From Phyllobates terribilis (lineage: Eukaryota), in assembly GCF_046119375.1 (NCBI RefSeq), contig NW_027362761.1:1168886001-1168950000 (forward strand): DNA of 64,000 bases, in the 5' to 3' direction. Numbering within the stretch: position 1 is the first letter of the stretch; each line of letters opens with the position of its first letter. The notes beneath the pieces were generated by a model, which was not told where the DNA came from, searched no databases, and saw nothing but the letters and a program-made list of their open reading frames with translations. Both the position numbers and the translations under genes were made by a program. Shown here piece after piece: positions 60,101 to 64,000 of this stretch.

Positions 60101-63058
60101 TGTGACCCCCCGATAGATGTCGGGGGAGATAGGCATCCACTTTATCCTATTTCGAGCTGCCGGTCCTTTTCCTCTTTAAGATGACGACTGACAGAGGCTC
60201 TCACAAAGAGCACTGGAGCTCTCCTGTGTATGGGATAGTCGCCAGGATGGTTAGGCCAACAGCTAAAATGTATGGGGGGGCGTAACACTATATACACTGG
60301 GAAGGCAGGACGGAAACACTGTGTACCCTGGAAAGGCAGGATGGGAGACTCTGTATACCCTGGGAAGGCAGGATGGTGACGCTGTGTACCCTGGGAAGAC
60401 AGGATGGTGACGCTGTGTACCCTGGGAAGGCAGGACGGCGACGCTGCGTACCCTAGGAAGGTGGGACGGAGATGCTGGGAAGGCAGGACAGTGATACTGC
60501 TTACCCTGGGAAGGCAGGCTGGAGACGCTGCGTACCCTGGGAAGGCTGGACGGTGACGCTGCGTGCCCTGGGAAGGCGGGACGGTGACGCTGCGTGCCCT
60601 GGGAAGGCGGGACGGTGTCGCTGCGTGCCCTGGGAAGGCGGGACGGTGTCGCTGCGTGCCCTGGGAAGGCGAGACGGTGTCGCTGCGTGCCCTGGGAAGG
60701 CGGGACGGTGTCGCTGCGTGCCCTGGGAAGGCGGGACGGTGTCGCTGCGTGCCCTGGGAAGGCGGGACGGTGTCGCTGCGTGCCCTGGGAAGGCGGGACG
60801 GTGTCGCTGCGTGCCCTGGGAAGGCGGGACGGTGTCGCTGCGTGCCCTGGGAAGGCGGGACGGTGTCGCTGCGTGCCCTGGGAAGGCGGGACGGTGTCGC
60901 TGCGTGCCCTGGGAAGGCGGGACGGTGTCGCTGCGTGCCCTGGGAAGGCGGGACGGTGTCGCTGCGTGCCCTGGGAAGGCGGGACGGTGTCGCTGCGTGC
61001 CCTGGGAAGGCGGGACGGTGTCGCTGCGTGCCCTGGGAAGGCGGGACGGTGTCGCTGCGTGCCCTGGGAAGGCGGGACGGTGTCGCTGCGTGCCCTGGGA
61101 AGGCGGGACGGTGTCGCTGCGTGCCCTGGGAAGGCGGGACGGTGTCGCTGCGTGCCCTGGGAAGGCGGGACGGTGTCGCTGCGTGCCCTGGGAAGGCGGG
61201 ACGGTGGCGCTGCGGGCCCTGGGAAGGCGCGGGACGGTGGCGCTGCGGGCCCTGGGAAGGCGCGGGACGGTGGCCCTGCGTGCCCTGGGAAGACTCGGGA
61301 CGGTGGTGCTGCATACCCTGGTGAGGCTGTGATCTATCCTATAGTTTTTGGCAAGCACCAACAGCTGCAGGAATAGTTTGGCTACGACAGACTTCTCAGT
61401 TCTTTTTTCGGCTTTTCCTTCCATAGCTCCAAGCCGCCTTTGCGGACACTGCTACATCTATAAAATCTGTGTACGATTCTAGCGAGAATTCTAGACATCA
61501 AATGAAGGGATCCGCGGCTGCGTTGGGGAATATAGCGATACTGTTGACCAGAGCCGGGAGATTGGATGAAGCTTGGTGAGATCTTGGACTGTCCAGTCCC
61601 CAGTGTCCTTTATTTCCGCCGTTTTTTTCCTTATTTTCCTCAAGGCCTCCTGCTTATTAGTGCACTTAAATCCTCACCTTTTGTGAAGCCTTTCCCTTCA
61701 AAGCTGGGCTGTTTGTGCTGGAGCCATTTTTTTCTTAATTGACTAACAGGAAGCTGTCCCCAAGTAACAGATGGCGGAAGTAGAACATGACCGCAGCAGC
61801 TTTTTCCACAAGTCGACTAGCGCTCATTACCCTTGCCACCTATACCATTATTATGTGATGTTGTAGATTCTGCCTGAAAAGTGTCATAATTGTCTTATAT
61901 TTAAATGGAACTTTGAAGCTGATCATGTCCTGTGATTACAGCAGCAAAGGCACAGCTGTAAAGGCAAAGCCCCATCTGATATGTGCTGCTCGAATATCGC
62001 CGCAGCTTTTCAGAGTAAAACATACCTACCTGACTGAAATGATAGTACCAGTGTCTGTTGCATTCTGCCCATGGTACCAGCAGCATGTATTAGCTGTCAG
62101 GTTCACTTAGAGCTGTGCCTAGGCTGCTGTAATCACAGGACATTATTAACTTGCAAGTTACTTTTAAAATACAAGACAATTACAAACTCAAAGTTTTGTT
62201 TAAAGGGGTTCGCCAAGAATGGAATAAAATGTCCCCCATCACTTAATTCAAACGGCAGACTGTCCTGGTCATGTCACGGTGGACTGCAGTCTGAAGAAAT
62301 ACAGCTCCCGAGACCTGTATCTCAACTGACACAGGAGCTGTTTGTAAGCACACATACCTTTTGAGCCGCCGCAGAGGGACTGTGACAGGAGAACAAATAA
62401 ATCATCTCGGCTGAGTGAGGACTGAAGCTGGAGAAGAAAAAAAATCCTTCGTGCTCAGTCAGCGAGAATAAGATTTATTCTATTGTCACAGCCTTTCTCC
62501 TTCGCTTACGGAGAGGTGTGCTTACTATACAGCTCCTTTGTCAGTTGAGACACAAGTTTCGGGAGTTGATTCTTCAGACTGCAACCTGCCCTGACACACA
62601 ACTATGACGGGCTGCTGTTTGAATTATGTGACGAGGGGCCATTTTTTTTTTTTTACATTCTTGGAGAACTCCTTTAACTTTGTGGTCATAAATCAGGTGA
62701 AAAGAGCTCAGAAGAAGTAAGATAAGAGTTGTGAAAGCTCCCATAAGAACAAGCTGACCTGATGAATTCTCAGTTAAATTATCAGCTTTGGGGAAATTTT
62801 TGGCAAACGCTGTAGCTTGCCAGATTCATTGCCCTAGAGGTGTCCATATCCTTTAAAATAATAACAGGGTGGAGAATAAGATTAAAAAATATATAAAAAA
62901 AACTTGTAGTGGTGATCAGTTATTACATGATGGATTCATCACTTTAGACATTTTTGTTGTTGTTTTTTTTTTACTACTGTAATGGTTGCCAATAATTTTT
63001 TTTTTTTTTTAAACAGGAAAATTCTCAAGTCATTCCAAACCAAGCGTCTTGTTCCCCG
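36134..63058 (+). CDS. PTCD3: Pentatricopeptide repeat domain protein 3 / mitoribosomal mS39, exons 1-22, 3'-incomplete
   Basis: Exons: 36134-36192, 41570-41607, 43684-43720 ([11 protein letters not shown]), 43991-44036 ([10 protein letters not shown]), 44126-44194 (FQDDPYL), 44630-44734 ([11 protein letters not shown]), 47196-47319, 47621-47733, 48277-48335, 49021-49108 (NNAERIF...[11 protein letters not shown]), 49189-49249, 50127-50209, 50531-50675, 51576-51626, 51784-51870, 56341-56369, 58276-58382 (LLNTGDNW), 59275-59353, 59442-59532, 59746-59831, 61427-61575, 63017-63058. All phases chain without a stop (1748 nt) and the peptide matches vertebrate PTCD3 with PPR motifs. Exon 1 is the least certain. 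Confidence 0.94.
36400..38922 (-). mobile_element. 2.5-kb solo-LTR-like element (TGT...ACA, 4-bp TSD) with an internal direct repeat and a 305-codon ORF
   Basis: caca|TGTGACACC...GGCGCCACA|caca, inserted in the ctgcagtcacacagagag repeat. Direct repeats ~36413-36610 and ~37668-37866. ORF 36685-37602 (-). Confidence 0.65.
38923..39295. repeat. (GA)n-gtctgcagtcacaca compound minisatellite (left remnant at 36346-36399)
   Basis: About 13 units with variable GA run length. Confidence 0.9.
39699..40519 (-). mobile_element. Non-autonomous Helitron-like element with an internal ~31-bp tandem repeat
   Basis: On the minus strand: A|TC start (40519), CTAG|T end (39699), and an imperfect hairpin (acccgttctactcccgagt) ~10 nt from the 3' end. 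Tandem atcccggtatgcgtggtacccctcaccccccca at ~39820-40045. Confidence 0.55.
41129..41459 (+). mobile_element. 331-bp non-autonomous deletion derivative (MITE) of the DD38E Tc1
   Basis: Ends CAGTACAGACCAAAAGTTTGG...CCAAACTTTTGGTCTGTACTG with TA on both sides. About 120 bp of left TIR is joined directly to the full right TIR; near-identical to the element at 161-1763. Confidence 0.92.
42135..43430. repeat. ~44-bp minisatellite, ~29 copies, PTCD3 intron 2
   Basis: Unit gggggacctgggtagtgttagtagaggagcagtgtgagaccggc. Confidence 0.96.
45599..46790. repeat. Mixed triplet repeat (GCT/GTT/GCC), at least 1.2 kb, flanked by N-runs, PTCD3 intron 6
   Basis: Direct reading; gives poly-Leu/Ala/Val ORFs in several frames. 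Confidence 0.95.
47972..48157. repeat. Short palindromic MITE-like element
   Basis: ctggatggcagccctg...ggcatccatggctcttc vs gaagagccgtggatgcc...cagggctgccgtccag. Confidence 0.7.
48579..48893. repeat. Foldback element, ~150-bp arms
   Basis: cactcacatcttcttaaaa..attgctttattga... is the reverse complement of ...tcaataaagcaatt..ttaaggagatgtgagtg. Confidence 0.75.
49582..49725. repeat. Near-perfect ~57-bp inverted repeat (hairpin) with a ~30-nt loop
   Basis: atcgatgtaaatacttttatgcccaaaaatgacaaacgtattctcggagtgatacct / aggtatcactccgagaatacgtttgtcatttttgggcataaaagtatttatattgat. Confidence 0.9.
50786..51217. mobile_element. T2/Kolobok-type MITE (TTAA TSD)
   Basis: ttaa|agggaatctgtca ... tgacaagttttct|ttaa with internal inverted arms (ctgattccag/ctggaatcag). 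Confidence 0.75.
52230..55790 (-). mobile_element. Heavily decayed DIRS retrotransposon in PTCD3 intron 15 (antisense)
   Basis: Fragments: RT ([14 protein letters not shown]; IKDAYL; PFGLATAP) and YR (AASKPTIA; TTSRAV, near 52250-52510). Ends were not resolved. Confidence 0.78.
57090..57527. repeat. 28-bp minisatellite, ~15 copies
   Basis: Unit gatccctctctgcctctggccgtctc(t/g)c. Confidence 0.96.
58482..59150. repeat. 45-bp minisatellite, ~15 copies
   Basis: Unit cagaactctgttgattacatcatcggtcagggtttatataccacg (15-aa periodic pseudo-ORF). Confidence 0.96.
60295..61320. repeat. 31-bp GC/CpG-rich minisatellite, ~33 copies
   Basis: Unit gctgcgtgccctgggaaggcgggacggtgtc; homogeneous core with diverged edges. 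Confidence 0.97.
62204..62673. mobile_element. T2/Kolobok-type MITE (TTAA TSD)
   Basis: ttaa|aggggttcgccaagaat ... attcttggagaactcct|ttaa with long imperfect inverted arms. Confidence 0.8.
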
Positions 63059-63425
63059 GTGAGTACAAGTTTACTTATTCTCAAAAGAAAAATTCTCTGT
63101 AATACATTAGGTGCCTGCAGATGAGCGCTGCTTATATGACCTGGGGTGAGACTAAAAACCTTTCCTGACCTAAAGTGCCCCTAGTATCCCTGGAGCACTG
63201 CAGCATGTCCGACCGTCTGAGGACTCTGATCTGAGTCCTGGAGGAGCCCATGTTGTCTCCCAATCTCACACACAGCAGCAGAGGTTTTAGGATATTATTT
63301 GTTGCTCTCAGTCAGAGTTTGGTCTTATATTTTCACTTGCGCGCCGGCAGCCCTCCTCTCCCCCAAACGTTTCCCTGACCCTCACTCAGTCTCTTTGGAG
63401 CAGCCTTTGCTCTGTGTAAAGTTTA

Positions 63426-64000
63426 AGGCTGTGTGCCCATGATGCGCATTTAATGCGTTTCCGCGGTGGCATTTCCGCTGCGGAAACACATTAAAATTGC
63501 TTGGTAAGAGGTCTGCCATGTTCCCAATGATAATCCACATGTGCTGTTCACATGCTGCGGAAATTTCCGCTGTGGATTATCATTGCGGAAAAATCAGCAG
63601 CACTACCAATTTGGGTGCTATTTCGCTGCGAAATCGCGCCCATTGACTTGCATTGAACCGCATAATATCCGCGTGTATACATGTTGACATGCAGATGTTT
63701 AATGCACGGATGGTACCCGGGTTTGGAGAAGAGCAGACTCTCATCCGACCCAGGTACCATCGTACCTGCAAGTAAAGAGAGAATAATAAAGTGAAAAATA
63801 AAAAAAATTATTCATACTCACCTCTCCGGTCTCCTCCCGGCCGCCGAAGAGGTGAATTATAAGTTTTTTTTTATTTCTTTTTACTTTTTAATTATTTTTT
63901 TTTTACTTTAGATGCAGCATTTGATAGTAGAAATTTCCTCTAAGTTGGTCACACAATGTAAATCCATGCCGGTTGCATGGATTTATATTGTGTGACCAAC
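63426..64000. mobile_element. MITE-like element (GGCTGTGTGC end) running off the window, containing a hairpin shared with 3548-3606
   Basis: End motif resembles the reverse complement of gggcacatagcc at ~3815-3826. Palindrome at 63944-64000. Confidence 0.45.

Noticed and set aside
60142-61424. ORFs of 250-390 aa; similar ORFs at 57010-57577, 32239-32872 and 38881-39327
   Set aside because: Periodic translations of minisatellites.
41608-63016. Intronic C/D snoRNA SNORD94, hosted by mammalian PTCD3
   Set aside because: I could not find a C box followed by the U6-complementary GCGCAGGGG guide. An Infernal/Rfam search is needed to exclude it.

Overview
Vertebrate genomic DNA, most likely a frog (inferred from the repeat landscape; the species cannot be determined). 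It has five N-runs and is dominated by introns and repeats. Three spliced genes were reconstructed exon by exon with consistent GT-AG phases. POLR1A (minus strand, exons 1-9 visible) lies head-to-head with MRPL35 (plus strand, complete, 5 coding exons). PTCD3 follows on the plus strand (exons 1-22, running off the right edge). The main surprise is that MRPL35 and PTCD3 begin with two homologous copies of the same promoter plus 59-nt first coding exon. MRPL35 appears to have captured a duplicated PTCD3 promoter and mitochondrial-targeting exon, and its probable ancestral ATG exon is now an internal exon read in another frame. Mobile elements include a DD38E Tc1 with a 331-bp derivative, two decayed DD34E Tc1 copies and two DIRS retrotransposons (one nested in a TTAA-bounded element). 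There is also a 6-kb hAT-bounded foldback element with a CCAAT array, a 2.5-kb solo-LTR-like element with an ORF, a small Helitron, MITEs and many minisatellites. The very long ORFs in the track are tandem-repeat artefacts.
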